64,000 bases of DNA, from assembly GCA_049889275.1 (NCBI GenBank), contig JBMHDS010000022.1, forward strand, positions 197,437 through 261,436, given 5' to 3'. This DNA comes from Bradymonadia bacterium. GTDB lineage: Bacteria > Myxococcota_A > Bradymonadia > UBA7976 > UBA1532. The translations under genes and the position numbers were made by a program. The notes beneath the pieces were generated by a model. It searched no databases, was not told the origin of the DNA, and saw only the letters and a program-made list of their open reading frames with translations. Of this stretch, positions 10,124 through 22,169 are shown one piece after another (positions within the stretch are counted from its first letter, which is position 1; the number at the start of each line of letters is the position of its first letter).

Positions 10124-10802
10124 GCACCCGGACCTCTGAGACACCGCCCGCTTTCAGGCATTTTGCAGCGCTCCGTACAGTCATACCCGTAGTGTAGACA
10201 TCATCCACGAGCAGAATCCGTACCCCTTGGGGCCCTCGATAGTGGAACGCGTCTTTCACATTACGCGCTCGAGTTCGTCGGTCGAGACCCGCTTGTCTGG
10301 CGGTATGGCGATGGCGCCCAAGCCACCATGTTTTAACCGGTCGATTGAGGACAGCGGCCACCTCAGCGGCCACCTCGTGAGCTGGCTCAACCGGTCTCTT
10401 GAGTCTACGTCTCCAGTGGCTAGGAATCGGTATAATATAATCAGGGGGGGCGTCTCGTATTTCGCGTGGCAAAGCGTCAACACTCAGCTTGCTAAGCAGG
10501 CTGACAGTGCGTTGACACGGTGCATATTTTCCGACGCGAATCAGAGAACCGATGGGCCCGCGATAGTCGAAGAGACCAAATATTTTCTCAAAAGGTGGCA
10601 CAGATTTCAGGCATTCACCGCAGCGATGCCCCCCCGAAAACCCGGCAAATTTGCGGTTGCATAGAGCGCAACAGGGACCGTCGCGAATAACGAGATGGCA
10701 AGCACAGGGGTCACAAAGCCCAAATTTCCAGGTTTTTTCCCCGCAATGAGCGCAAAAATTCGAAAAAAATATAGAAAAAATTTTGTGGATTAATCGGCGC
10801 AC
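10095..10802 (-). CDS. comF: ComF/GntX-family phosphoribosyltransferase-domain protein.
   Basis: N-terminal 4-Cys zinc finger (CAHCGEKTWKFGLCDPCACH) and C-terminal PRTase motif ILLVDDVYTTGMT. Confidence 0.8.
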   Translation of the reverse strand: MRRLIHKIFSIFFSNFCAHCGEKTWKFGLCDPCACHLVIRDGPCCALCNRKFAGFSGGHRCGECLKSVPPFEKIFGLFDYRGPIGSLIRVGKYAPCQRTVSLLSKLSVDALPREIRDAPPDYIIPIPSHWRRRLKRPVEPAHEVAAEVAAVLNRPVKTWWLGRHRHTARQAGLDRRTRARNVKDAFHYRGPQGVRILLVDDVYTTGMTVRSAAKCLKAGGVSEVRVLTVAYVDHE

Positions 10803-11054
10803 AATTCACTCGTTTGGGCTCTGTTGATGCAGGCCTCGGCAATGACTGTGGATTGTTGCGCTAAATTCCCCATGTCTAGGGCATATGATCGACTTTTCAA
10901 CTACTTAGCAACTCGCTGCCGACCGGACTTTGGGTCCCGGCACCGAATTTTTGAGGTCAACGCTCACGATATTTTGCTCGCCTTGAGATGGCGAATCTTC
11001 GCTAACCCCGATGAATGCGGGCGGTTGCGATGATCAAAAAAAATTATTTTCTCC

Positions 11055-11084
11055 ATTGACACCTCGAAAAAAGCGTCGATATTC
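11055..11084 (+). promoter_or_regulatory. Candidate sigma70-type promoter for the HU genes (TTGACA -N17- TATTCT).
   Basis: TTGACA followed 17 bp later by TATTCT, about 60 bp upstream of ATG 11144; a GGGAGAAG RBS follows. Coordinates +/-2. Confidence 0.4.
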
Positions 11085-11143
11085 TCCACCCACCCAAAGG
11101 GACATTTGTCTACAACTCAATACAAAGTGGGAGAAGTAGGGTC

Positions 11144-11422
11144 ATGAGTAAGAAGAAGATCGTCGACGCAGTCGCGGCAAAGTTTCCTAACCTGACAAAA
11201 GCTCAGGTTTCTACGGTTATCGACACAACGTTCAACACCATCAGCAATGAGCTGAACAACGCAGGTGACAAGTACACTCACCCAGCGTTCGGTACTTGGA
11301 CAGTGAAGACTCGCCAGGCACGCATGGGTATCAACCCAAGCACAAAAGAAAAGATCGAAATCGGACCATCCGCTTCGATCGGTTTCAAGCCTTCGACTAA
11401 CCTTAAGAACACAGTTAACTAA
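11144..11422 (+). CDS. hup: HU-family nucleoid-associated DNA-binding protein.
   Basis: HU signature AFGTWTVKTRQARMGINPSTKEKIEI and 92 aa length. Confidence 0.85.
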   Translation: MSKKKIVDAVAAKFPNLTKAQVSTVIDTTFNTISNELNNAGDKYTHPAFGTWTVKTRQARMGINPSTKEKIEIGPSASIGFKPSTNLKNTVN

Positions 11423-11448
11423 GCGACTGAGCGAAGAGGAGTATTACA

Positions 11449-11739
11449 ATGAAGAAGCAAGATCTCATCAATACCGTTTGTGAGAACACAAATCTTGAGC
11501 TCACACGCAAGCTGACCGGTGAAATCATTGACACCACATTCAACGAGATCACTGATCTCTTGCAGAATGAAGGTGGCAAGTTCACATATCCTGGCTTTGG
11601 TACTTTCAACATCCGTGCTCGTGCTGAGCGCCAGGGTGTGAACCCAAGCACAAAGGAAAAGATCACGATTCCTGCAAGCAACACTGTAGGTTTCAAGGTC
11701 GCAACTGGTTGGAAGCGTACACTTACAGAGAACCTGTAA
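11449..11739 (+). CDS. hup: HU-family DNA-binding protein, tandem paralogue.
   Basis: GFGTFNIRARAERQGVNPSTKEKITIPA; 26-bp spacer from the first HU gene. Confidence 0.85.
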   Translation: MKKQDLINTVCENTNLELTRKLTGEIIDTTFNEITDLLQNEGGKFTYPGFGTFNIRARAERQGVNPSTKEKITIPASNTVGFKVATGWKRTLTENL

Positions 11740-11781
11740 GTCGGCAGCTAGACCAACAGTTCTTATCAGAACTGTCGCAAA

Positions 11782-11812
11782 GCCTGGGCTCACCGCCCGG
11801 GCTTTTTGCGTT
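11782..11812. terminator. Rho-independent terminator between the convergent HU genes and the TPR membrane protein.
   Basis: GCCTGGGC-tcacc-GCCCGGGC stem (one G-U pair) followed by TTTTTGCGTTTT. Confidence 0.6.
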
Positions 11813-13816
11813 TTAGGGGGATTGGCTTGCCTCGAGGATTTTCATGCCGGCTTTCGCTTCAGGCTGGTTTGGGTCACGCTCGAGAGCCTTGGTAAAGAGC
11901 ACTCTAGCCCTTCTCAGGTCACCCATGTTTGCGTAGCAGACGCCGAGCAGCCCGAGGTCGGTCGCGGTCGGCGATGTCTCGATGAGAATTTTGAGATGAA
12001 CGATCGCCTCGCTCCATTCTCGTAGGCGTATGTGGTAGCGGGCGAGGTTACGCCGGGCGAGGCTATCGCCCCTGTTGAGTTCAAGGGCATACTCTGTGGC
12101 GGAGACAGCGCCTCTCACGCGATTGAGTGCGTTGAGCGCGACGCCGAGATTGGTCCATCTGCTCTGCTCTTCAGGTCCTAGCTCTGTGGCCCAACGTAAG
12201 TAGGCGGTCGCTTCATTGAAGCGGCCTTGGTCTAAGAGATAAGTGCCGTAATCCGTTGCAAGCTGAGCGACGGCTCTCTGTCTATAGGGTTGCATGCCGG
12301 CCTCTTCTTGCTGCCAAACACGCAGCTCATCGCCATATTCCGACCGGCTGCGGGCGTGCTTTTGGAACAGTGGGAAATCAGGGGTCAACCCCGGCGGTCT
12401 CCACTGAGAATCAAGGCCTGTTGCCCACTCCCACGCCACCGGCCAATCATCGTTGAGATGAGTCAGGTCTGACAACTTCCCCCCTTCGCTCCACCCGCTC
12501 ATGCTCTTAGGTAGTCGTCTTCTCGTGGGTCCATTAGACGAGATATAGCCGATATGTTGACGAACGATCACGGCGACGTCTGGACGTGCACGCTCGACCA
12601 CCTGTTTGTACGCCCAGCCGGATGCCATATGGTCACTCGCGACGAAGAGCAACGAATTTGGCAGTAGTTTATCTGAAGATATGTCGGTCAATTCGCTCAA
12701 ACCTCGATCATCGCCCATTGGAAAACCATTAAACGCGCTCCAGTTCAGGAGAATACAGGCGAACAACGCGGTGGGTCTAAGGAGCGGGCGGTCCTGTAAC
12801 TGCGTGTGTATAATTTCGAGCACACATGCTGCGCTGACCGACAGGCAGAGCAGCGAAATGAATCCATTTTGCTGGTCGCGCACGCCCATTGGATTGACAA
12901 TGACTGAGTAGAGCACGTCAAGCGCTAAAATCATCACGATCATTGCACCGTATTTGCGCCGATACAGTGGAATGAGGCCAAATAATCCGAGAGTGATCAG
13001 AACGGGCACACCTGCGGACAGTTGACCGAGGAACTCAATGATGACATCGAGGTCGACCGTGCCCATGACATCACCGTAGGCGTTCCGTATCCGAGCGCCC
13101 CAAAATAGTTCCCATAGATTGTTTAGATTTGAGGGATCGGCCCAGTTCCTCATCGGTTCGGAGATAGCTCGAATCGGAAGCATCACGATGATGCCTGCTG
13201 CAATTGCGCCTGCTATCGACAGAGCAATGAATCGTCTGTAATCACGCGTAGACCGCCATATGAAGAGCACAAGAACAAGGGCGACGAGACGTAACTCTGC
13301 ATGATGGCCTGCGATACCAAGGCCAAGCAAGAATCCCACGACAACCAACAGACGCCCATCGTCATGGCGCAGCCCTCGAATGATGAATTCGATACACAAG
13401 AAAGTCAGCACTGCGGTACCAGCGTAGACCTCTACGGCGGTCGCGTGGAGCAGAAAAATAGGCGTCGGGATGACCAAAGTGGCTGAAACAGCAGACGTGC
13501 TCACCTTCATGCCGAGTAAGACTGAGACTCGGAATGCGAAGCATGTCGCGAGCGCTGCCAAGAGGGCAGACGCCGCGTTAGAGCGAAAAGCAACTTCGCC
13601 GATGGGCAGCACCAGGCTTATGAACTTGTAGAACAGACTATGGAGCGGAAGCCCCGGTGGATGTGCTACAGAAAGTTCGACACTCGCGGCGGTCAGCTCT
13701 CCCGCATCAAACCAGGTTAGCCCAGGCGGTAGACCGAGGATCAGGATGACATATGTGAGTGTGAATACACCGATGGATTCAAGCCCAAACGGTGAACGAT
13801 GGCCATGACTCAGCAT
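11813..13816 (-). CDS. Polytopic membrane protein (DUF2723/PMT-like N-terminal domain) with C-terminal TPR repeats.
   Basis: More than 8 predicted TM helices in the N-terminal 400 aa; C-terminal TPR-like repeats (YGTYLLDQGRFNEATAYLRWATEL..., YANMGDLRRARVLFTKALERDPNQ). Confidence 0.6.
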   Translation of the reverse strand: MLSHGHRSPFGLESIGVFTLTYVILILGLPPGLTWFDAGELTAASVELSVAHPPGLPLHSLFYKFISLVLPIGEVAFRSNAASALLAALATCFAFRVSVLLGMKVSTSAVSATLVIPTPIFLLHATAVEVYAGTAVLTFLCIEFIIRGLRHDDGRLLVVVGFLLGLGIAGHHAELRLVALVLVLFIWRSTRDYRRFIALSIAGAIAAGIIVMLPIRAISEPMRNWADPSNLNNLWELFWGARIRNAYGDVMGTVDLDVIIEFLGQLSAGVPVLITLGLFGLIPLYRRKYGAMIVMILALDVLYSVIVNPMGVRDQQNGFISLLCLSVSAACVLEIIHTQLQDRPLLRPTALFACILLNWSAFNGFPMGDDRGLSELTDISSDKLLPNSLLFVASDHMASGWAYKQVVERARPDVAVIVRQHIGYISSNGPTRRRLPKSMSGWSEGGKLSDLTHLNDDWPVAWEWATGLDSQWRPPGLTPDFPLFQKHARSRSEYGDELRVWQQEEAGMQPYRQRAVAQLATDYGTYLLDQGRFNEATAYLRWATELGPEEQSRWTNLGVALNALNRVRGAVSATEYALELNRGDSLARRNLARYHIRLREWSEAIVHLKILIETSPTATDLGLLGVCYANMGDLRRARVLFTKALERDPNQPEAKAGMKILEASQSP

Positions 13817-14020
13817 GCGGATTCGGATCTTTCAACGTCAATCGTCCTCATGTACTTTTCATCTCACGTTGACTGGAAGAACGCCAGACAAGGCGATCGA
13901 TATATTATTCGCCTGGGATTGACAGCAGGCGCTAAGCATGTTAATTGGCCATTCGTTTTCGTTGACCGACGCGACTGGATTTAAGATAAATCCTTTCATT
14001 CCAAGCGTTTACGGTCCTGT

Positions 14021-14093
14021 AGGGGCGTGGTCTAGTGGTATGACTCCTGATTTTGGTTCAGGCTATCGTAGGTTCGAATCCTGCCGCCCCTGC
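14021..14093 (+). tRNA. tRNA-Gln (anticodon UUG).
   Basis: Cloverleaf: acceptor AGGGGCG/CGCCCCT, anticodon stem CCTGA/TCAGG with loop TTTTGGT (anticodon TTG), T-loop GGTTCGAATCC; no encoded CCA; a T-run follows. Coordinates +/-2. Confidence 0.75.
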
Positions 14094-14113
14094 TCTTTTT
14101 TTGGAGGCTCGAC

Positions 14114-15052
14114 ATGTCGGTCCGCGTGTTCGCTGGAAATTCGAATCCTGAGTTAGCGCGCTCGATTTGTGATTATCTGGGTCTTCAGCTCGGAAGTGCA
14201 CGCGTAGGCCGATTTTCTGATGGCGAAATTCGCGTGGAGATAGACGAGTCGGTTCGAGGAGCCGATGTTTATCTCATTCAGAGCACATGCGCTCCGGTCA
14301 ACGAAAACCTCATGGAACTCCTGATCATGGTTGACGCGCTGAAGCGTGCTTCTGCGGGTAGTGTCTCAGCGGTCATACCCTATTTTGGGTACGCACGGCA
14401 GGATCGGAAGTCGGCGCCGCGAGCGCCGATATCGGCCCGGTTGATCACAGATCTGTTGACCACCGCGGGTGTTAACCGATTGATCACGATGGAGCTCCAT
14501 GCAGGCCAAATTCAGGGCTTCTTTAATGGTCCTGTCGATCATCTCTATACCGCGCCTGTCATGATGAAATATCTCAAATCGTTGGATTTGACGAGACCGG
14601 TCATCGTGAGCCCAGACGCGGGTGGTGTTGAGCGTGCTCGCGCCTACGCGAAAAAGCTCAACGCGTCACTGGCGATCGTCGATAAGCGAAGGGCCGGACC
14701 CAACGTGGCTGAGGTCATGAATCTCGTCGGCGATGTCGAAGACTGCGATGTCATTGTCGTCGACGACATGATCGATACGGGTGGAACGCTTGTACAAGCA
14801 GCCCAAGCGCTCAAAGACTTTGGTGCTCGCCGCGTATTTAGCTGCGCAACGCATCCGGTCTTGTCTGGGCCCGCGATCGCTCGGATTTCCGAGAGTTGCC
14901 TTGAGGAAGTGATCGTATCAGACACGGTGCCGCTCAGCAGTGCGGGGCGCGCGTGCCCGAAAATCAGAGTGTTGTCTGTAGCGGACATCCTCGGGGAAGC
15001 AATAAGAAGAATTCACGATTTCGATTCGGTTAGCAGTCTATTCGACGAATAG
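14114..15052 (+). CDS. prs: Ribose-phosphate pyrophosphokinase (PRPP synthetase).
   Basis: PRPP-binding motif VVDDMIDTGGTL; typical 312 aa. Confidence 0.95.
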   Translation: MSVRVFAGNSNPELARSICDYLGLQLGSARVGRFSDGEIRVEIDESVRGADVYLIQSTCAPVNENLMELLIMVDALKRASAGSVSAVIPYFGYARQDRKSAPRAPISARLITDLLTTAGVNRLITMELHAGQIQGFFNGPVDHLYTAPVMMKYLKSLDLTRPVIVSPDAGGVERARAYAKKLNASLAIVDKRRAGPNVAEVMNLVGDVEDCDVIVVDDMIDTGGTLVQAAQALKDFGARRVFSCATHPVLSGPAIARISESCLEEVIVSDTVPLSSAGRACPKIRVLSVADILGEAIRRIHDFDSVSSLFDE

Positions 15053-15083
15053 GCATTACACGGTATTGTAAGGACGCATAGTC

Positions 15084-15674
15084 ATGGAAACTATACCACT
15101 CAATGGTGTACTGAGAACAACCTCAGGTAAGGGCTTTAATCGCCGACTACGTTCTGCTGGAAAAATTCCGGCGACGTTGTACGGTCACGGCATTGAGGAG
15201 ACAACCTCAGTGACAGTGGACCCGCGCGAACTCAACAAATGTCTTCAAAATCCGAAGGGCGCGAACGCGCTGTTCGCATTCAGCATCGAAGGTGGCGCGA
15301 CGCACACTGTTTTGGTGCGGGAGATTCAGCGCGATGCGGTCACCCGTAACATTCTACACGTAGACTTTGTCGCACCTGATCTTGAGAAAGACCTGGTCGC
15401 CACAGTCGGTGTTGCATTCAGCGGTAAATCACCAGGCGTCGGCCTTGGTGGTCGATTACGTACGCCTTATCGCGAAGTGAAGGTGAGCGCACGGCCCGCA
15501 GCGATACCCGCATCGATTCCGATTGACCTCGGTACACTGAACATCGGTGATGCGATTATGGCGAGCGAACTCGATCTTGGCGACGGCGTCTCCGTGCTAT
15601 ACGAGCGCGATTTTGTGGTCGCCAAGGTGTTGAAGCCTCGCGGTCGTCAAGCCGAAACTCCTGCAGCTGAGTAA
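15084..15674 (+). CDS. rplY: 50S ribosomal protein L25 / general stress protein Ctc.
   Basis: N-terminal L25 signature RTTSGKGFNRRLRSAGKIPATLYG; conserved prs-rplY-pth order. Confidence 0.9.
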   Translation: METIPLNGVLRTTSGKGFNRRLRSAGKIPATLYGHGIEETTSVTVDPRELNKCLQNPKGANALFAFSIEGGATHTVLVREIQRDAVTRNILHVDFVAPDLEKDLVATVGVAFSGKSPGVGLGGRLRTPYREVKVSARPAAIPASIPIDLGTLNIGDAIMASELDLGDGVSVLYERDFVVAKVLKPRGRQAETPAAE

Positions 15675-15719
15675 CATCCATCGGATGCGGGGTATGTTGA
15701 TGTGCTCTAGACACTCGAC

Positions 15720-16313
15720 ATGCCTGAAAGCGAAGGCGATATGGCGCGTCGTTTAATCGTTGGTCTGGGTAATCCTGGAGCAAAGTACGCTCGAACGCGG
15801 CATAATATCGGTTTCATGGTCGTCGATGAGCTGGCACGTCAAGCCAATATCAGTTTGACAAAACGGAAGTTCAACGGTGTTTACGGAACCGGCACATTCG
15901 CTGGACATTCGGTGGTTCTGCTCAAGCCAGAGACGTTCATGAATTTGAGTGGCCGTTGTGCGGCTCCCATGAGCCGATTCTTCGATATCAACCTTGAAGA
16001 CATCATCGTGGTCCATGACGAACTCGACCTCGGCTTTGGCAAGTTGCGGCTCAAAATTGGTGGCGGGCATGCGGGACATAACGGCCTGCGCTCGATGCAC
16101 GCCGAGTTGGGTCAAAACGGGTATCACCGGGTGCGAATGGGTATCGGTCGTCCGCCCCATGGCTCGGTCTCACAGTTCGTACTCGCCGAGTTTCGCAAGG
16201 GTGAAGAGACCGATTGGTTGGATGATTTCGTCGAACGCGGTTGCGATGCGGTGCAATCAGCTGTAGCAGAGGGCACCAAGGAAGCGATGAACCGCTTTCA
16301 CGCTGATGGTTAG
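15720..16313 (+). CDS. pth: Peptidyl-tRNA hydrolase.
   Basis: LIVGLGNPGAKYARTRHNIGFMVVD and HNGLRSM motifs. Confidence 0.95.
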   Translation: MPESEGDMARRLIVGLGNPGAKYARTRHNIGFMVVDELARQANISLTKRKFNGVYGTGTFAGHSVVLLKPETFMNLSGRCAAPMSRFFDINLEDIIVVHDELDLGFGKLRLKIGGGHAGHNGLRSMHAELGQNGYHRVRMGIGRPPHGSVSQFVLAEFRKGEETDWLDDFVERGCDAVQSAVAEGTKEAMNRFHADG

Positions 16314-16433
16314 AGAGATTTAGATTTTAGGCTGCCATGACCATGCAGCTGGATATAACGAGTTGATGTTCACTGGTCGCGACATCGAAACTACGACAAG
16401 ATTTCGGCCCTGAGGGATGGGCGGGAGATTGAC

Positions 16434-18557
<2,124 letters not shown>

Positions 18558-18637
18558 GCGTTGCGGCTGATAAGCTTTTGAAAATGGTCAAGTAAATAGA
18601 GTACTTGATCATTTTCGCCACAATCATTAATATCCGC

Positions 18638-18669
18638 GTCCCTTCGATGGTCGAAGGGACTATTTTTTT
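18638..18669 (+). terminator. Rho-independent terminator after hppA.
   Basis: GTCCCTTCGA-tggt-CGAAGGGAC stem followed by TATTTTTTT; a second imperfect palindrome (TGGTCAAGTA...TACTTGATCA) lies about 40 bp upstream. Confidence 0.7.
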
Positions 18670-18737
18670 GGACCGATAGGTCCGCTCCCTGCTCGCACCT
18701 GGTGTCGAGCTACTCAAACCCGTAGGGAGGTTTTGAT

Positions 18738-19124
18738 ATGGCTAATGCAAAGCTACGGCGATACGAGCTTGTGTTCCTGATTCAGCCAGAGGCTGAGGAA
18801 GACACACGCAACCACATCGTCAATCGTGTTCTTGGCATTCTCAAGGATGGTGGTGCACACCTTCTTCAGAATGAAGAGTGGGGCAAGCGCAAGCTTGCGT
18901 ACGAGATCGCGAAGTTCAACAAGGCGTTCTATTTCTACATGGAATTTGTCGCCGCACCCGGTCTCAGCCACGAGATTGAGCGTGTCTTCCGATTGACCGA
19001 TGACTGTCTTCGCTACCAGACGATTCGTCTAGAGGATGGCATCGACCCTGATCATCTTGACCGTTTCACCTTCATCACCGACGACGCTGATGCAGACGCG
19101 GCAACAGAGGAGGCAGCATCATGA
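18738..19124 (+). CDS. rpsF: 30S ribosomal protein S6.
   Basis: [14 protein letters not shown]...; acidic C-terminus. Confidence 0.95.
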   Translation: MANAKLRRYELVFLIQPEAEEDTRNHIVNRVLGILKDGGAHLLQNEEWGKRKLAYEIAKFNKAFYFYMEFVAAPGLSHEIERVFRLTDDCLRYQTIRLEDGIDPDHLDRFTFITDDADADAATEEAAS

Positions 19125-19369
19125 GTGAGCTTCGTTTTGATGGGCGACGTCGTGGTCGCCGCAAAGTAGACCGGTTCCTTGCCGACAAGAGCCTTGTCAT
19201 CGACTACAAAGACCCATCGGTTCTTAAGTACTTCGTGACAGAGCGCGGTAAGATCGTACCTCGTCGCGTATCCGGCCTTTGTGCGAAAAATCAGCGCAAG
19301 ATCACGCAGGCGATCAAGCGTGCGCGAATGCTGGCGTTGATGCCCTTTACAACCATTAACCACCACTGA
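19121..19369 (+). CDS. rpsR: 30S ribosomal protein S18.
   Basis: [17 protein letters not shown]; 4-nt overlap with rpsF. Confidence 0.95.
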   Translation: MSELRFDGRRRGRRKVDRFLADKSLVIDYKDPSVLKYFVTERGKIVPRRVSGLCAKNQRKITQAIKRARMLALMPFTTINHH

Positions 19370-19380
19370 GGAGTTGACTG

Positions 19381-19836
19381 ATGCAAGTGATACTTCGTGA
19401 AGACGTCACACACCTCGGGGAAGTCGGCGACCTTGTCAACGTTAAGTCAGGCTACGCTCGCAACTTCCTGTTCCCCCGTGGATTGGCTGTACAAGCAAAC
19501 GACCGACAGATTCGCCGCGTTGAGCATGAAAAGCGCATCATCGAGGCTCGCGTAGCGAAAGCCCGCGGTGCTGCAGAAGCTGAGGCCAAGAAGCTTAACG
19601 ATGTCGTCATCACAGTCGAGAAATCTGCTGGTGAGAACGGCAAGCTCTTCGGCTCGGTCACAGCGATGGAAATCGAGGCGCTCTTACGGGACAACGATTT
19701 CACCGTCGACCGCCGACGCATTCTGCTCGACGAAAACATTAAGAACCTTGGCGAATACGAGCTCGGTATAAAGCTCCACCGAGATGTGACAGCAACCATC
19801 AAGGTTTTGGTTGTTGCGCGCGCCGAGAGCGAATAA
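19381..19836 (+). CDS. rplI: 50S ribosomal protein L9.
   Basis: MQVILREDVTHLGEVGDLVNVKSGYARNFLFPRGLAV. Confidence 0.95.
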   Translation: MQVILREDVTHLGEVGDLVNVKSGYARNFLFPRGLAVQANDRQIRRVEHEKRIIEARVAKARGAAEAEAKKLNDVVITVEKSAGENGKLFGSVTAMEIEALLRDNDFTVDRRRILLDENIKNLGEYELGIKLHRDVTATIKVLVVARAESE

Positions 19837-19933
19837 CCTACCCACATCGGTCCCGGGCTAGCCTGGGGCCCTTCTTCACATTCTAGAGTCGAACCATTGA
19901 GCCCTCCAAAGACCGGATGGGCTTGTCGGTTCG

Positions 19934-21295
19934 TTGTGTCCATTGCAGGAGCGTGTCATGTCTGCGGGTCGTCATTTAGAAGCGCGAGAGGCCGAGCAGG
20001 CCGTGCTTGGCGCAATTATTCTCGACAATGGTGCTCTTGATCGGGTCGCCGAGACGCTGGGCGTTGACGATTTCTACCTGCCGCAGAACAAGACTGTTTT
20101 TGAATCGATGATCGCGCTTTCAGACGAAAGTAAACCCATCGATACGGTCACGCTCGCGACGATTTTAGACCAACAGAGTAAGCTCGAAGAAGTGGGCGGC
20201 ATGGAGTATTTGCTCGCACTCGACCAGACTTCGGCCACGGCGATTAACGTCGGACACCATGCTAAAATTGTCCATGATTTAGCCGAGTTAAGGCGTTTGA
20301 TTTCAGCGTGTACGACAGTTGTTGAGAAGGCACAGAGCGGGGACTACGAGGAACAGAGTGTTCTTTTTGATGAAGCTCAGCAATTAATCTTTGAGATAGG
20401 CGCCAAGCAGAATCAGGGTTCGTTTGTCTCTATGAACGATGCGTTGAAGGATGTTCTCGATAATGTTCGAAACGCATTTGAAAACAAGATCTCGGTGACG
20501 GGAACACCTACAGGCTTCACAGATCTCGATAATCTCACGAGTGGTCTCAACGCGGGTGACCTGGTGATTCTGGCTGGTCGTCCGGGTATGGGTAAGACCG
20601 CTGTGGCTCTGAATATGGCGAGCAATGCTGCGCGTATGAAAGGTTGCACTGTTGCGGTGTTCAGCCTTGAAATGCCGACGGCGCAGCTTGCCGCTCGTAT
20701 GCTCGCATGCGAAGCGGAGGTGAACTCCCGCTCCATGAGGACCGGTCATCTTGTCAATCAGGATATTGAGCGTCTCGTAGCCGCTGTGCGGCGTATGAAT
20801 GATTGGTCAGTGGAGATCGATGATACCGCGGGCGCGACAATTATGGAGGTACGCTCTAAGTGTCGCAGGTTGGCTAGCGACCGTAATTTACCACCGCTGG
20901 GTTTGATAATGATCGATTACTTACAGCTTATGCGCTCTCCTACAGCGCGCAGCCGTGAGCAAGAGATCAGTGAAATCAGCCGAAACCTAAAGGGACTCGC
21001 GAAAGAGCTTGGAGTACCGGTTGTGGCTTTGTCCCAGTTAAATCGTGGTGTGGAAAGTCGACCAAACAAACGCCCGATGATGAGCGACCTCCGTGAATCT
21101 GGTGCCATCGAACAAGATGCAGACATCATTATGTTTGTTTATCGGGATGAGTACTATCATGAGGACTCCGAGGATAAGGGACTTGCCGAGTTGATCGTTG
21201 CGAAGCAACGTAATGGCCCCTTGGGCACGGTCAAACTAAAGTTTTTTATCGAGCACAGCCGATTCGTTAACTTGAAGCGCGAGTTCGAAGAGTGA
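19934..21295 (+). CDS. dnaB: Replicative DNA helicase DnaB.
   Basis: Walker A GRPGMGKTAVALNMA; RecA-like motifs IDYLQLM and SQLNRGVESR; conserved rpsF-rpsR-rplI-dnaB context. Confidence 0.95.
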   Translation: MCPLQERVMSAGRHLEAREAEQAVLGAIILDNGALDRVAETLGVDDFYLPQNKTVFESMIALSDESKPIDTVTLATILDQQSKLEEVGGMEYLLALDQTSATAINVGHHAKIVHDLAELRRLISACTTVVEKAQSGDYEEQSVLFDEAQQLIFEIGAKQNQGSFVSMNDALKDVLDNVRNAFENKISVTGTPTGFTDLDNLTSGLNAGDLVILAGRPGMGKTAVALNMASNAARMKGCTVAVFSLEMPTAQLAARMLACEAEVNSRSMRTGHLVNQDIERLVAAVRRMNDWSVEIDDTAGATIMEVRSKCRRLASDRNLPPLGLIMIDYLQLMRSPTARSREQEISEISRNLKGLAKELGVPVVALSQLNRGVESRPNKRPMMSDLRESGAIEQDADIIMFVYRDEYYHEDSEDKGLAELIVAKQRNGPLGTVKLKFFIEHSRFVNLKREFEE

Positions 21296-21378
21296 TGCAA
21301 ACGTCCTTATCGATCCTTGCTATTGTGCTCACTCACATGATACCGACGGCGCCAAGCATTAGAAAAACGAGGCCTTAA

Positions 21379-21978
21379 ATGTCAGATACCGCAAAGATTC
21401 TCATTGTAGATGATGACAAGGACATCTGCGCCTACATGGAGACGATGCTCTCCGCGTCAGGCTACCAGGTCGCCACAATGACAGATCCGACAGCGGTGGT
21501 AGAGCGCATTCGCGAGGAAGAGTTTCATATCCTTGTCATCGATCTGATGATGCCTCAGATCGATGGCATTGAACTCATCGAGCGCATCCGCCGCGTTGAT
21601 ACCGACGTCGCGATCGTTGTCTTCACAGGTTATCCATCGGTTGAGACGGCTATCGACGCGTTGAAGTTGAATGTGTCTGATTATGTGAAGAAGCCCTTCG
21701 ATATTGACACGTTCCGTGACACGATCAGCGATGTGCTCAAACGCAAGGGCATTGTTTTCAACATGGAGGAGCGCCTCCATCAAAGCATTGGTGAGATTGT
21801 CCGTCGCCTGCGAAAAGAAAACTCATTGACTCTGAAACAACTGGCCCGGCGGACGGGTCTCTCGCCGAGTTTGCTGAGTCAGATCGAACGCGCCGAATCG
21901 AGCGCATCGGTCAGCTCCCTCTACAAGATTGCGAGCGGCCTCGGCGTTAAGTTGACCGTCCTCTTCGGCGACTTCTAG
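21379..21978 (+). CDS. Response-regulator receiver domain fused to a C-terminal XRE-type (Cro/C1) helix-turn-helix.
   Basis: Receiver residues ILIVDDDKD, VIDLMMP (phospho-Asp), VVFTGY and KKPF; C-terminal HTH LTLKQLARRTGLSPSLLSQIERAES. Confidence 0.8.
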   Translation: MSDTAKILIVDDDKDICAYMETMLSASGYQVATMTDPTAVVERIREEEFHILVIDLMMPQIDGIELIERIRRVDTDVAIVVFTGYPSVETAIDALKLNVSDYVKKPFDIDTFRDTISDVLKRKGIVFNMEERLHQSIGEIVRRLRKENSLTLKQLARRTGLSPSLLSQIERAESSASVSSLYKIASGLGVKLTVLFGDF

Positions 21979-22169
21979 GACGGCTCATCCGCATTGTCTC
22001 AATGGCAGTCTGGTGCCCTTGCGCTGAACGCTCCACCCCGCCACGATCGTCTCGTTCAGTTCTGGCTTTCTGGTGGATGACCGATCATCAAAATTTGAAA
22101 TGCTCCGTTGATAAGTTGACTCCTTACGTATATTTCGGCACAGTGTAGGTAAACGTAGTAGGAAGTATC

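Noticed and set aside
10227-10664. 145-aa + strand ORF opposite comF.
   Set aside because: It is antisense to a well-supported ComF-family gene and has no motifs.
11415-11793. 93-aa and 124-aa minus-strand ORFs overlapping the HU genes.
   Set aside because: They are antisense to two clearly conserved HU genes.
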